A stretch of 63,998 bases of DNA, the filler included, from Ionaspis alba (Eukaryota), in assembly GCA_964255285.1 (NCBI GenBank). It is 9 parts of 9 records of this genome, joined end to end, with 100 filler letters (N's around TTAATTAATTAA, not from the genome) between each part and the next. Parts side by side here need not be neighbours in the genome. Positions count along the whole stretch, not along the records: positions 7,219 to 14,328 come from CAXUUL010000854.1; positions 14,429 to 21,517 come from CAXUUL010000855.1; positions 21,618 to 28,703 come from CAXUUL010000856.1; positions 28,804 to 35,873 come from CAXUUL010000857.1; 5 more parts are not named here. One strand, 5' to 3'. The notes below the pieces were generated by a model. The model did no database searches. It had not been told where the DNA came from and was given only the letters and a program-made list of their open reading frames with translations. Both the position numbers and the translations under genes were made by a program. Within the stretch, counting starts at the first letter, position 1; every line of letters starts with the position of its first letter. Below, piece after piece: positions 14,150-29,037 of this stretch.

Positions 14150-14428
14150 GGGGTTTGGGAGAGAAAAGGGGAGGGAGTTGGGTTTTATGGGAGGTTTTTT
14201 GAATTGAGAGGGAGGTGCTGATCTGATAGGTTCTTTTCTTTCTTTATACCCCTGTTGGTTTTTAAGATAGATAGATTGGAGAGTTGGAAGCGTCTTTACT
14301 TCTTCTGCTGTGAGCTGGTGGGGTGCGANNNNNNNNNNNNNNNNNNNNNNNNNNNNNNNNNNNNNNNNNNNNTTAATTAATTAANNNNNNNNNNNNNNNN
14401 NNNNNNNNNNNNNNNNNNNNNNNNNNNN

Positions 14429-15317
14429 GGTTTTGGGGGTGAGGAGGTTGGTTGTTGTGGGGGATGTGCATGGGTGTGTTGATGAGTGTGAGTTTTCTCT
14501 TGTTGCTGTTTCTTTTCTGGGATGTTATGCGTCACTGGCTGCATATGCTAATTGGGGCGTCGTAGTGAACGCGCTTCTTACCAAGGTTTCCTTCAAGCCC
14601 TTGTTAGACCACATCATCTTCACCGGCGATCTCGTCTCCAAAGGCCCCTCTTCCTCCGCCGTCCTCGACCTCGCTATATCCCACAATGCCTCCTGCGTGC
14701 GCGGCAACCACGAAGACCGCCTCCTCCTCGCCCACAACGTTCTCTTCCCCGTTTCGCCTCCAAAGAAATTTCATCAGCAATCGCCGCCAGACTCGCAAGC
14801 GCACTTCCCAGCCGGTGATGTGGCTCTCGCTCGGACTCTCACGCCCGCTCAGCTAGCTTATCTGGAATCCTGCCCTCTCATCCTCACCACTCCTCCTCTC
14901 CCTGGCCTCGGAAATCTGGCTATCGTCCACGCAGGCTTAGTCCCGGGTGTGGACCTCGCACACCAGGACCCGTCCGCTGTAATGACGATGCGCGCCTTGG
15001 ACCTCGAGACCCATGTACCAAGTCGGGATGCAGAAGCCGGTGAGCCATGGACCGAGGTCTGGGAAGCGTGGCAGAAACTACTGCCCAAGGAATTGAGAAG
15101 AGTAGTGATATATGGACACGACTCGAAAAGGGGTGTGAGAGTGGGGAAGTGGACGGTTGGTGTTGATGGTGGTTGTGTGAGTGGAGGGAAATTGGTGGCT
15201 TTGGTGCTGCAGGAGAAGAAGGGATGGTGGCGGAGGGGGAAGGTGGGGTGGAGGGTGGAGAGTGTGGGATGTAAGGACTACAGGACGAGGAAGATGGGGA
15301 GTTTGGGGGCGTCGTGA
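14429..15317 (+). CDS. Calcineurin-like metallophosphoesterase (Ppn2/ApaH-like), 5' truncated; 78-nt in-frame intron 14488-14565
   Basis: PPP-family motifs GDVHG, GDLVSKG, GNHE, VHAG, YGH and GVDGGCVSGG. Confidence 0.88.
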
Positions 15318-16003
15318 TAGAGGATTCGAATGGGATGATGGCGTAATGGGGTGAGGTGGCATTTGTAAGGCGCTGGGATGCTCGGTATGGGGAGCATAAC
15401 GTGGCTGTTTTCTTAGGGTTGTGGTCTAGGATGGCATTTGCTCCGAGTTGTGAGCTAAGCCACCGGTCCCTAGTTGTGGTCCTATAATCAGGCTCGGGCC
15501 TTTTTCTGCCAAATACAGATGATATTTGTTGTTGTTGTGCTACAACCAATCGAGCTAGCTTGGGCTTAGATCATTAAGACAACAGTCTGATTCATGATTT
15601 ACAAATCATATATTACAATAATCATCCGCGAACATGCCTTAAAGTTCTTCCTTATTTCCTTAACATGATGATCTCGTGCTCTCGCCCAGGCACTCCCGGG
15701 AGATCTGCTAATCCGCCACCACCAACTCTATCCAGAGTGGCAGTGCAAGGCTAACCGTGAACGCCATGCATACGATGTGGTACAATCATGAGTAGCCTAG
15801 CAGGCTCGTCGACGGTGAGCCTGAAATATTACTCGGCCAGAACACCCCTCTTCATTCATGTCAGAATTCCGATTCACACAAATACAATTTTCTCAAATGC
15901 ATACACCGGATACTTCAAGATATGCTACATTGATACAATGGCCTTACGATCCCAGCAGATAGCACTACCAGCAAGACCATGTTTGAAGAGTTGAGCAGCA
16001 GTC

Positions 16004-19000
16004 ATGGCCCTTGTGGCAGCCAAGTCCGTAAAGCTCAAGCCTGAGACCGTGCTCGTACAAGCACTGCATGACTACGGGCTGGTACTCACCGACGAGCAGA
16101 AGGCTCGGTTGCGACCTCAAACTGGTGATCGCGCTCCAGACCCTTCTGCCGTCATAGCACTGACGGTCTCGATTGATGAGGAGAATTGTAACCGCAGAAG
16201 CCGTTGTGTGGGGACACGACTCATCAGCTTTCTGGAATCAGTCCAACAATTCACGAGTATCGTCGACACTTTGGTCAGCTCCCACCCGGAGTTTGCAGCC
16301 TTGATATGGGGGGGTGTCAAACTGGCTATGCTTGCGGCTAATAACTACTCCTCTTATTTTGATAAACTATCTACCCTGCTAATGAATATTGGGCGGACGA
16401 GTCCTCGACTTGGTGACTTTGGGGCATTATATCCGTCTTCGGAGAGACTACAGGCTTTACTTTGCGAATACTATGCCGTTGTTGTCCGACTGTGCAAAAA
16501 GGCAATGGAGTTCTCAAGAAGATCTGGTCAGTTTGTTCCCTTTCCGTTCACACACTTGCTCCTGCTTTGCGCACTCCTCGTTCACCCTCGGTTTCATGTT
16601 GTTCCCAAACTTACACAATTCAGGTTTATCACAGTTCACATCGGCTTTTACCAGGCCGTTTGAACTAACCTTTGAGCCTCTTCAGAGGGATCTCGAGAGG
16701 TTCAGCCGTGAAATTTGTACTGAGGTTTCGCTTGTCTCAAAACGATTGCAGCTTGAGGAGATCAAGTTTCAAGCGTCAGAGCGGAAAGCAGCATCGACTT
16801 ACAGAGGGATAGGCACAACGCTCCGGCAGTTCTCGAATCAGGAGCGCCAGGCCGCACAGGAATGGCGACTTCAGGCTGAAGTGCGTCGTGCCAGAAACAT
16901 GAAGATAGCTGTTCTGAATGCACTTTCGGTTTACAACCACCAAACGGCCTAGAAGAGAGCTCGCAAGACATGTCTTACAGGCACCGCTAAATGGATGGAA
17001 AAGCGCCCGGAATTCCAAGCGTGGATGAAGGGCACAAACTCATCAGCTTTGTGGTGTACCGGAAAGCTAGGCGCCGGGAAGACTGTCTTGAGCGCAGCCA
17101 TGATTGCCCATATCATCAAAGAGGTATCTCCTGAACATACTGTCAGCTACTTCATGTGCAGATACGATGATATTGAATCGCTGAAGGCCAGAACAATATT
17201 CGGAAGTATTGCAAGACAATTCCTGAGCGATCTCCCGGTGGAAGATTTTTCTGAACTTCAGCAATTTGCCGAAGGGGTTGTTCCAGACACGGATCAGATC
17301 CTGGATCTACTGCCAAATCGACTTCAACAAGGCCGCAAATACTTCATTGTTGTTGACGGTCTAGACGACTGTGAAGAGCATGAGGCAAACGAAGTATTGC
17401 TAGGATTGACACAAATTCTCCAAAGAGATTCTTGTGTCTTCAAACTGTTTTACACTAGCCGCCCAGGTGTACTTGACCAGAATCTATGGCACATGCCCAG
17501 TTGCATGCGAGTACGCATGTTGTCCACGGATGTCAACTCTGACATAGCCCAATTTGTCGAGGCATCACTCGAACAGCGCCTACAGGACGGACGACTCCAA
17601 TTAGGAGACCCCAACCTTATACTTATAGTCAGGGACGTCCTAATTAAACGTGCTCACGGAATGTTGGTATCTTGATTCCCTTGCCTTACCAGTTTGATTA
17701 TGCTGATAATGTTTTACCAGGTTTTTATGGGTTGTCTTCCAAATTGAATCAGTTTGTGCTCAGACCTCAGACGACGAGATCCTCAACACACTTTTAAATC
17801 TACCAAAAAGTTTACCAGAGACTTTCGATCGTGCTCTTTTGCGGATACAAAAGAGGGACATCCCTAGTGTCGGATGTTGTCGTAGGCTGTTCATGCTACT
17901 CGCAGCAGCTAAAAGACCGTTGATTACAGAGGAGCTTCGTGAAGCACTTGCTATCACAGTCGGCCAAAAGACCTGGGAGCCTGGGCGGTTGATCACTGAT
18001 ATATCCAAGGTGCTTGCTTCGTGTGGAAATCTGGTGGCAGTAGATGAGGAAGACTCCACAGTCCACTTTGCACATCACAGCATCAGACAGCATTTGCTGT
18101 CTAATACTGTTACAGTTTCACTATCGCAGTATCACATCAATCAGGCAGAGAGTGAAACTGAGATGGGCAACATCTGCGTGACATACTTGGGATTAGACGT
18201 TTTTGCCGGTCAGATCACGAGGAGCACACCAGTGGTAGCAACGCCTCTGAAAATAAGAATGCAGGACGTTCCGACTGCCATTGTGAAAGAGGCACTGCCC
18301 ACGAACACTATCGTGAATCGACTAGCTTTGAGACTTCTGAGAAAGCAATTATCTTCAGGGTCATCACAGCCGCTGTTACCGCAAGATGGCCAGGAACATG
18401 ATGAGGAGAACAAAAGTGAGAACTATTCCTTTGTGCATTATGCTCGAAGCTATTGGCTATTCCATAGACCTGAGTTCAAGGTCGGAAATGAGCAGCTTCA
18501 GCACACATGGCGTTGTCTCTTGACGGACAATGCCAACCTCTCCTGTGTACCATGGACTGTCGAAGATATGATGAACGTTTCGACAATTATTTTAGATTGG
18601 ATCGTGGAGAACGAGCACCAAAGCCTCCTAGACTATATATTGGCCACGAACCAATCTTTGACCACAATGGATATTGTTATTCGGACCATCAGCGTCAAGA
18701 AATCGAAATTCACAACGATGATATTGCAATCTCGAGATTGGCCGACAATTGTCTTACTCAACTTGTCCGTTTCTCTTGCAGCACATGGCCAAGTTGAATT
18801 ATTGAAATCTATTCCTGGAAATATGGTAGACAAAATCGATTTGCCAACACTACACTCATGTGGCGTAGTCATTCCAGAGAGCGCGAAGGAGAAGGCAAAA
18901 GCTTGGAGGGAACGATTCAAATTTCCGCTCCCTCGAGAAACTTTCAGCGCCTTGACTATTGCGGCAGTGCTAGGTCGAGTGGATGTCATCAAGTACATAA

Positions 19001-19401
19001 CATCGCTTCCGCTCCCGCCCGATTTGGACACAATGCAAATGCAGGCGGAGGTGAATCGAGCGTTCAGATACGCTGCCATGAACGATCAACACAACGTCAT
19101 GTGGTGTTTGATCGACAGCGGGCGACTGCATATTCATCACTGGCTCCCGGAAGATGCGTCAGGTTGGGTACCATTGACATATGCAGTTGCAGTGAGGTCT
19201 TATGAAATGGTTGCAAAGATCATAGAGCTTATAAAAGCAGACCCTGTGGAACGTTATTCCTATTTGAATTATGATATAGCATGCTCTGTTGCCGAGGGAC
19301 CCGGACTTGAGATGATAGCATTACTCTTGTACAAGGAGCGCAAGAACGTACTGAGGGATGCAACTCGAGGTTTTTACCAAAGGGAAGATGGGAGTTTTTA
19401 A
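16004..19401 (+). CDS. Fungal NLR-like STAND protein (N-terminal helical domain, NACHT, winged helix, degenerate ankyrin repeats) with one in-frame TAG at 16950-16952; may be a pseudogene
   Basis: Walker A GKLGAGKT, Walker B FIVVDGLDDC, AHGM|FLWV, LPKSL, VHFAHHSIRQHL and ankyrin-like ALTIAAVLGRVDVIKYI. Introns 16527-16623 and 17663-17720 restore the frame. Confidence 0.85.
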
Positions 19402-19423
19402 TGGTGTCCAGACCGCGCGAGTT

Positions 19424-21517
19424 TCATCGCCCAAATGCCAACCGACTCTGCCCCTTCTCCATACTCTTCTTCCCCTCGATACCACCCGGCTTCTTCGGCC
19501 CTCGCCTCGATACCACGGTGTTTACTTGGCTGCTTCCGCTCATGGCAGAGTGATGCGCAGAATCCGTAGTCATGGACGCCCTTACGGGCACCGTTGACCG
19601 CTCGGAAGCTTCGAGGTCTTTGGCAAAGTGCCAATCCTCATGCTCGGCTTTGCTGACGAGGGGATGGGTAGTGGAGCATTGCGGGCAGAGATAGGTGTCA
19701 AGTAAAGACTGGTGAGAAGGAGCTGGGACAGCTCTGGCGTTCGAGACCAGTTCATGAAGACCAGAAACCTGGTCCTGGCCAATCTCGTTGGAAGGATCAT
19801 CGCCGCCGTCCTCCTTGGGCGAGAGAGACCCAGATCGAGGTGTCGGCCCTTCCTCGCCAGCTCCAAATTCTTCATCATACTCTTCTCCGCTTGTCTCGCG
19901 TCGCGTGAAGAACTTTTGGATACTACCATCATCCACTTTCCGTCTCTTCTCTTGGCGTCCGTCTTCAATTCCCGAAGTCTCAACTTCGGAATCTCGCTTA
20001 GTAGGTCTCATAGCCTTTGCCTCATCTCCCTTGACCAGGAAACTGCTAATACCACGATTTTTAGTGGGCCCATCCTCAAAGCCACCAACACTTAGCGACA
20101 AGTTCGCGCATGGCCATGCCCGCCCATCAACGATGATTTGCCCTAGCAAGGTCTTCGCCAATTCAAAAAGTAGAGCTTCGTCGATAGCCTTCCCAGACGG
20201 GATAGGAATCTGACGAGATCTCATCTGGCCCCCTTGCCGGTGGTGTAAATTCATAGTCTTCGGCCGTCGCTTGTTCTCCAAGATTCCTTCCTCTACTAAG
20301 CGAGAGAAGATATCTGCAGCAAAGATCCGCATCCACCGCACCGCTTGTTCGTAGGTATTGATACTGGGACGAAAAGACTTAGCAGAAAGCATGGACTTGA
20401 TTTGGGTCCTCGAATTGACTTCGCTATGGTCTTCGCCACGGATGATCTGATAGACCCAAGAGCCGGTGTCGTCTCCCAGCTTAGATTTTAGCTGCTCAAT
20501 AGGAATGGGAAGCAATTCCTTCACCTCTTCCGTCCCGAATGTAGAAGCTACCTGCTCGCCTAGTTTACCCCCTAGATTGCGAATCTTGGTGAATCTAAAG
20601 GAGCCGAGAAACTGCTGTATAGCTCGATTACGAACTATAGTCTGCTGATTGGGTTTCTTGTGCCCTGAGCCTAGCTTCGCGATCATCTTGTTCCTAGCTA
20701 TACCAGCGGAGCAAGTATATTTGAGTGTCTTTCGTATGGCTGCTCGAACTGAGCGCACAATCTCGGAACCTATCAGCATAACAATATCATCCCAGTCGGG
20801 ATCATCATCTTCAGTCTCTGTAGTATCTAGATCCACGAGCGCATCTGTATCCCAATCCAATGCCGTCGTCGGCGGCCTCGGCAGATTTTCCGTAGGATCA
20901 TCATAAGGTGCTGGCCCACTTAGCTCCGGAAAGCGTTCCATCAGTATAGAATGGATCTGTGCCGACAGATCCAGGAAGACCTCATCAATGCTAGCCTTCT
21001 CCACCTTTTGAATAGGCGCGGGTGGAAGAACTTCTTTTATACACGCCAAAATCCTCCGAGACTGCAATCGATAAGGGTCAAGAGAGACCTTGTGCGTAGC
21101 AATCTGCGCAAATGCATCCGGATGATATGCCCATTTCTCATCTCCCTCCTTCCACGTCGCGACATGCTGCATGATGAGATTCGGACACAGTTTCTTGGCT
21201 TCTGTTATGTTGATGTGCCGGTTCATGCCGAAGGCTCTCGCGGGATAATTTATAGCGATCAGGCCCTGCCATTGCTGCTCTTCTCATCAGCTACTTTCGG
21301 TTACAGCCACAAATTCGGGAATCAGCCCACGCACTTGAACGGCAAGTGGTTGGTCCTCTGGCAGTTCCAACCGCACCATCTCACATTGAGCGTAGAAAGC
21401 ATCGAGATCAATGTGAGCAATCACGCGCAGGGGGCAGGAGGTCGAAGAGAGGCTTAGTTGTGAGAGATGCTTGTAGGTGAAGCGGGATTTGCGACGGCCG
21501 ATGCTGCCGGCAAGGGA
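19424..21517 (-). CDS. RAD30: Y-family DNA polymerase eta, 5' end at or beyond the contig break
   Basis: Motifs HIDLDAFYAQCE, AINYPAR, ASIDEVFLD, SAGIARNKMIAK, LGGKLG and a C-terminal UBZ finger (CPQC...EHEDWHFA). Intron near 21275-21332. Confidence 0.93.
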
Positions 21518-21750
21518 NNNNNNNNNNNNNNNNNNNNNNNNNNNNNNNNNNNNNNNNNNNNTTAATTAATTAANNNNNNNNNNNNNNNNNNNNNNNNNNN
21601 NNNNNNNNNNNNNNNNNGTTCAGTCGGACCCCAGTTGCCCCGGCTCCGATTATTGACTTCGGTGACTTCGTCATTATTATAGCTTAACTCCGAATTCTGC
21701 ACCTTCATAAGCAGCACGATAAAGATGGAGTGATAGCACGATCATCCACA

Positions 21751-23105
21751 ATGCGTGCCTTCATATTCCGACTTTTTCACTTGGGAAAGACAAATTCGAG
21801 ACCGTCTCGTCAAAGAAGCTATCAGACGCGCACAATAATGTCGTCCTCGGCAACAGCAGGCGTCCTCTACGCCGTGACAGTTAATCTTTCCACTCTGACA
21901 GGTGCTGTCCCAGAAGAGGCAAAAGAAAAGAGACATCACTTGAAAGATGGCAAAGGCTTCACCAATCCATGGGAAAGCTTCCAGGATCGAAATGCCTGGG
22001 GCTTCATAAAACTCATGGGCCGGTCCGTCATTCTATAGATTATCCTTCCTTGGAGAACACTTGCTGATATAACATATCTTGCAGGAGACGTATCACAGGT
22101 GCAGCGAATGTCCCTGATACAACTCCTCCCACTGTTCCTGTACGGAAACCTACCTTCCTCCCTTCCCGAGCTACCCAGACTCTCCGTGCAACCTGGCTTG
22201 GTCATGCTTGCTATTTGGTCGAATTTCCTTCTGGCTTCAGAGTTCTTTTCGACCCAGTCTTCAGCGAGCGCTGCAGTCCCTTCACGTGGCTGGGCCCCAA
22301 ACGATATACAGAAGTACCATGTCAAATCGAAGAGATCCCAATAGTGGATGCCGTGGTCATATCACACAATCACTACGATCATATGGATCACCCTACACTC
22401 AAGAGAATCCAGGCCCAACATCCGAATGCGCATTACTTTGTTCCTCTAAAAAATAAGAAGTGGTTTCTTGAGTCTGGATTCAGTCAAGAACAAGTCACCG
22501 AATTGGATTGGTGGGAAGAGCGCGATATGAAGCTTCAAGCGGAAAAGCCGGAAGTCGGAGCCAAAGATGGAACTTCTCCACCGGGGTCCCAGAACAGTAT
22601 TATGGCACGTATATCTTGTTTACCTTGCCAGCACCAGAGCGCTCGTAGTGCCTTCGACAGATGTCATACTCTATGGGCGAGCTGGAGTGTGGAAAGCGGT
22701 GGCAAGAAGGTCTGGTTTGGGGGTGATACTGGATATCGCGCGGTTCCAGAATTACCAAAAGACGTCGATGACTATGGTCCAGACCATGCCTATCCGCACT
22801 GCCCAGCTTTCAAAGACATTGGGAAATTCCGTGGGCCGTTCGATCTGGGATTGATCCCCATTGGAGCTTATGAGCCCAGAGTGGTCATGTCTTCCATCCA
22901 TGCGAATCCCTTCGACAGTGTCAACATCTTCAAGGATACCCAATGCAGAAGAGCCATGGGTATACATTGGGGCACTTGGGTCTTGACAGAAGAAGACGTT
23001 ATGGAGCCTCCTCGAGTGCTGAAGAAGGCTTTGGCAAGAGGCGGATTGGCTGAAAAGGGGGTCTTCGATACGTGTGATATTGGCGAGACTCGAGAATTCC
23101 CATGA
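21751..23105 (+). CDS. NAPE-phospholipase D / metallo-beta-lactamase fold protein (Fmp30-like); start 21751 or 21838
   Basis: Motifs FTNPWES, TWLGHA, DPVFSERCSP, SHNHYDH (HxHxDH), LWASW, GDTGY, PIGAYEPR and IHWGTW. One intron near 22022-22084. Confidence 0.9.
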
Positions 23106-24089
23106 GTTGAAGCCCAATCCTGCGCCAACTCTTGCTCGCCTTTGATCCGATTCTACAAGCGTATCCGAGACGCTAGCCGTTCGAGGACTCCGTCGTGACG
23201 TGGCTATAGCAAGATCTTAGTGCATCGGTCAGGAGAATACTATCGTCTAAGCCACGTCGTCAGCTCGACTGAATGGAAACCCGCGACCACTGTTGGTTTA
23301 TACGGCGGCAAAGGCAATTTCGAAACACATGCTACCAAAACTGCCACTAGAGTGGGATATCAACCCAAAAGGCCCTGGCACAACGATGACCCGACGTTTT
23401 TCGTTGTCAGCGTATTCTCGCAGGCTACTTATTCACCGACTGTGTGTCGTTGCTCCGAGACACTAGCTATGCGATATTACGCAGCGAGGGAAACTCGGCT
23501 CTGTGTCGCGAGAGTACTTGTGACGATAGAGCTGTGCAGCTGTTTCCCCATCCAGGCCACATTGCCGAAATTGGAGAGACTGCAGTGTGAATAGTGAAAA
23601 TCACATCAACATGGCTGTATGTTTGCTCTCGCTTCGAGGATTCAAGTGCTGCGTAGTCTAGTTTTGATGCGCCAAAGCTGTATTTGTAGGCATATAATGC
23701 ATTCAGATCGCTAATATGCACGTGCATTGCAGAGTAGTAAGAACACCTTTTCAAGAAGCTGGTAAAAGAGGTGCTTGGCACTTCAAGGTTTCCCCAGATT
23801 CCACAATCGGTGATCCTCCGAAAGCACCAATCATAACTCCGGACGACGTGGGACCGAAGTAACGCCCGCGCCGTTGCAACTCGCTATTGCCCTAGAAAGA
23901 ACTCTTCTCCGCTTTTCCACCTCTTCCCCGCCAAACACTACTTGCATCAATATCCCGAAGTATGCTGTCATCTCCGTCATCTCCTTCCACATTTTGGGAC
24001 TTGCCAGGCACAATCAAGCTTCGATCATCCTCGGCTGCAAAGTCTGTGGGTCAGATGCACCAATCAGCTTGACCATAATGCTCGATTCA

Positions 24090-24127
24090 CGGTGCCTGAC
24101 CGGCTTTACGACGGTGACTTTGTGGGG
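24090..24127 (+). promoter_or_regulatory. Tandem AmyR-type CGG-N8-CGG-N8-CGG array with an adjacent CreA-type SYGGRG site
   Basis: CGGtgcctgacCGGctttacgaCGG at 24090-24114 and GTGGGG at 24122-24127, about 100-140 nt upstream of the glucoamylase ATG. Confidence 0.65.
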
Positions 24128-24226
24128 ACCGAACGGCCCTCTTGACCATGGATAAATGCTTTTGTTTTCCTACTTGTTCCCCGCTGAGTATTGCTTCGAA
24201 GACTCCAGCTTGAACTGTTGTACGCA

Positions 24227-26327
<2,101 letters not shown>

Positions 26328-27517
26328 TTGACTGCAACAAAGGAGCGGTCTATAATTGCTTCGAGTGTATGACGAAGAGGCTGAGGACTGACATGATCTA
26401 TACTGTACATAGGACTCTTTCACTAAGCCATTATTCGCGGTGGTCTATCTAGTCCCCTTTCACGACTTCCTCGATCGTGCAAGGAGGCAATGGCTAGCCC
26501 ACACAAAGGTATGAAAAGCATTTATTTCACTACAACCTAGCAAATCGAGCCAAGTGAAACTGGAGTACCTTCTGCTTCAGAAGTTCGCTCAATGCTTCAG
26601 CATGGGAACCATGCATCAAGGCCTGACCCCTTTAGAGATCTCATCCCTCCCAGGGTAAGGAGGTAGATCATAAGATCCAAGAACCTGCTTCAAAGGAAGG
26701 AACCACCATTGCAAACATGGTTCGGAGTAAAATCCTTCCCTCAATCCGTGCGTCGATCTGCTGGGCTGTGCTTTCTTCTTTCGAGTAATGCACCCTAGTA
26801 AACCCAATCCTCATCGTTCCCGTGCCTTGCTATCAATCACGCAAAAAGCGGGCCGGTGATTCGTTGGCGTTATTTCGGGAGATATGCATAACAGTAGTAC
26901 AGCCTCGACCCACGTTTTCTGCCCCTTGCCGCGCTTGCGCCTTGGCACGCAACTTTGAGTTATCGGAACCGGATCACCGCGACACCCGTCGTTGGTTCTT
27001 CCACTTTGCGGTTCAATCACCTGCATCTCTGCAACGAGAGACACCTTGTTGTCAAGCCTTCTGAATGTCCCGGTGCTATTGCTGGAAGCACGATGGACCC
27101 GTCATGGTGTGCAGAAGATGCTTGCTTGTCCTCTGTTGGCACGCCGTCTGCACCAATCAGATGGGGGAACTAGGGTTGATGAGCTCAGCGATATGGCATT
27201 TCGCTGGTTCCAGCCTCCTCAATAACATTGTCAATGCTTCTGCTAGCCGAGGCCATTTGGTGATCGTCTGCAGAGTCTTGTGGGGGCTATGGGAAGTGTG
27301 GAGGCACACCTTTTCTGGGGTCTGTCCAACACGATGGAGAAATGTCCTGGGTTGAAATTGCCTTTGGGCCCCCTTCTGGGTAGGATTTGGGATAGCAATC
27401 CTAATTGTCTCCTTCTGTTGTCTTCTTTGCGTTGTCTGTCTTTCACACAAAGCAACCTGCATCCAGGAAGCTATCACTACCCTCAATCTACGTAGACACA
27501 GCGAAGAAGAAGTCAAG

Positions 27518-28703
27518 ATGTTGTCTCCATTGTCCGAGGAGCCCTTCAAGGTCAATTGATTGTATCCTATTCTCACAGTTCCAGGGCTATCAGTGCTGAC
27601 TGGCAAACAGATCCTTTGCGGATTGTTCTTCGGCCTTGCAATAATGGCCTCGATATCTAGAATAGCTATAACCTGCCACCTTAGACAACCACTCCAGGTC
27701 CACGACTGGCTATTCTTCGCAGCCATCGCCTTGCTCATTACCGCAACCGTTCTCCTCTTCAAGATTATAGGCCCTTTCCTCCACATCCAGAGCTGGGTCT
27801 TGCCCAACGAACCTATGCCTGATTTTCCACCCCAAGAAAGGAAAAAATTTGGATTCACCGCGTGGTCTTACCTTGTCATTGCTTGGGCTGTCATTTTCTT
27901 GATCAAGTTCTCGTTTCTCTGGTTTTTCCGATCACTTGTAAATCGGCTGAAGAGCTTCATTATCTACTGGCGAGTGGTTGTCGGAGTCAATGTAGTCGTA
28001 TTCATTTTCTGTGCCTTTAACAATTTCATTATCTGCCGCAAATCAAATCCTGACTCTGGTGAGTATTGAACTTTGAACGTATGCTCATGAACACGCAATA
28101 ACTGTATTCTTAGCGGATTGTAACGCCGATACTGTTCGTATTGAGACACTCGCCTTCACTGCCATCAGCGTGGGGTTGGACATCATTACAGACCTGATGA
28201 GTCAGTTACTGCCTCCGTCCTTTCCCTCTTGAAGCTAATGAATCAATAGTCGTGGCAATTCCCCTCATGCTTGTCTGGAAAATTCAAATTAAGCCCCGCC
28301 AGAAGATCGGCCTAGGCATCTTCCTCTGCCTGAACGTATCAATGGCTGCCGTTGCCTGCGTCCGAGGCGCAGGAATAAGATCGGATCCGAAATGGGATAC
28401 TCCTTGGACGATCTTCTGGCTACAAATGGAGGCCTGCATCGCAGTCTCGATGGCATCTCTGACCGCGTTCCGCTCTCTGTTCTTTGCAGGAGCAAATGGT
28501 TCAGAAGCCCGGAAGGCGAAGTCGTGGTATTCTCCAGCTTACGAGAAAATTATGTCCCGCAAGAATAAGTCGAAGGAGAATCGCGAGTCAGGCGAGGCCC
28601 AACTGCCAGACATTCCGACTGCTACTTTGAAGGGCATGCGGACCTTCATCCAAGGCGGCCGGAAGCCGACTATCATGGATTTGAGGGATGATATCGAGCG
28701 TCA
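27518..28703 (+). CDS. PTH11-like (fungal rhodopsin-domain) integral membrane protein, 3' truncated
   Basis: Motifs HDWLFF, FLIKFSFLWFFRSL, DIITDLM, AIPLMLVWKIQIKPRQKIGL and EACIAVSMASL. First intron 27551-27610, further introns near 28059 and 28201. Confidence 0.85.
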
Positions 28704-29037
28704 NNNNNNNNNNNNNNNNNNNNNNNNNNNNNNNNNNNNNNNNNNNNTTAATTAATTAANNNNNNNNNNNNNNNNNNNNNNNNNNNNNNNNNNNNNNNNN
28801 NNNAATGACGCAGTCGCGCAGTTTCCCTAATCCCTGTCAGTCCCGAGGTCCCCTGATTCGCTTCCGCTTCTCATACTGCCGTTAACCATAACCAAAACTC
28901 ATGGTTCAGCCACAATGATTGGTCTACGGATAAGAGGCTCATGGAATCCATGGTTACGAGTCCAATCTCGGTGATGGAAGGCAGAGAGCTCAGGAGACCT
29001 TAGGCCGTCCGTCATCCCGTAGGACATTCCAACAGTT

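Noticed and set aside
19424..21517. Eso1-type Pol eta-Eco1 fusion
   Set aside because: The protein ends shortly after the UBZ finger, with no acetyltransferase domain.
27157..27858. 233-aa antisense ORF and similar shadow ORFs (14920-15549, 34957-35655, 57850-58506)
   Set aside because: They overlap well-supported genes and are explained by biased base and codon composition.
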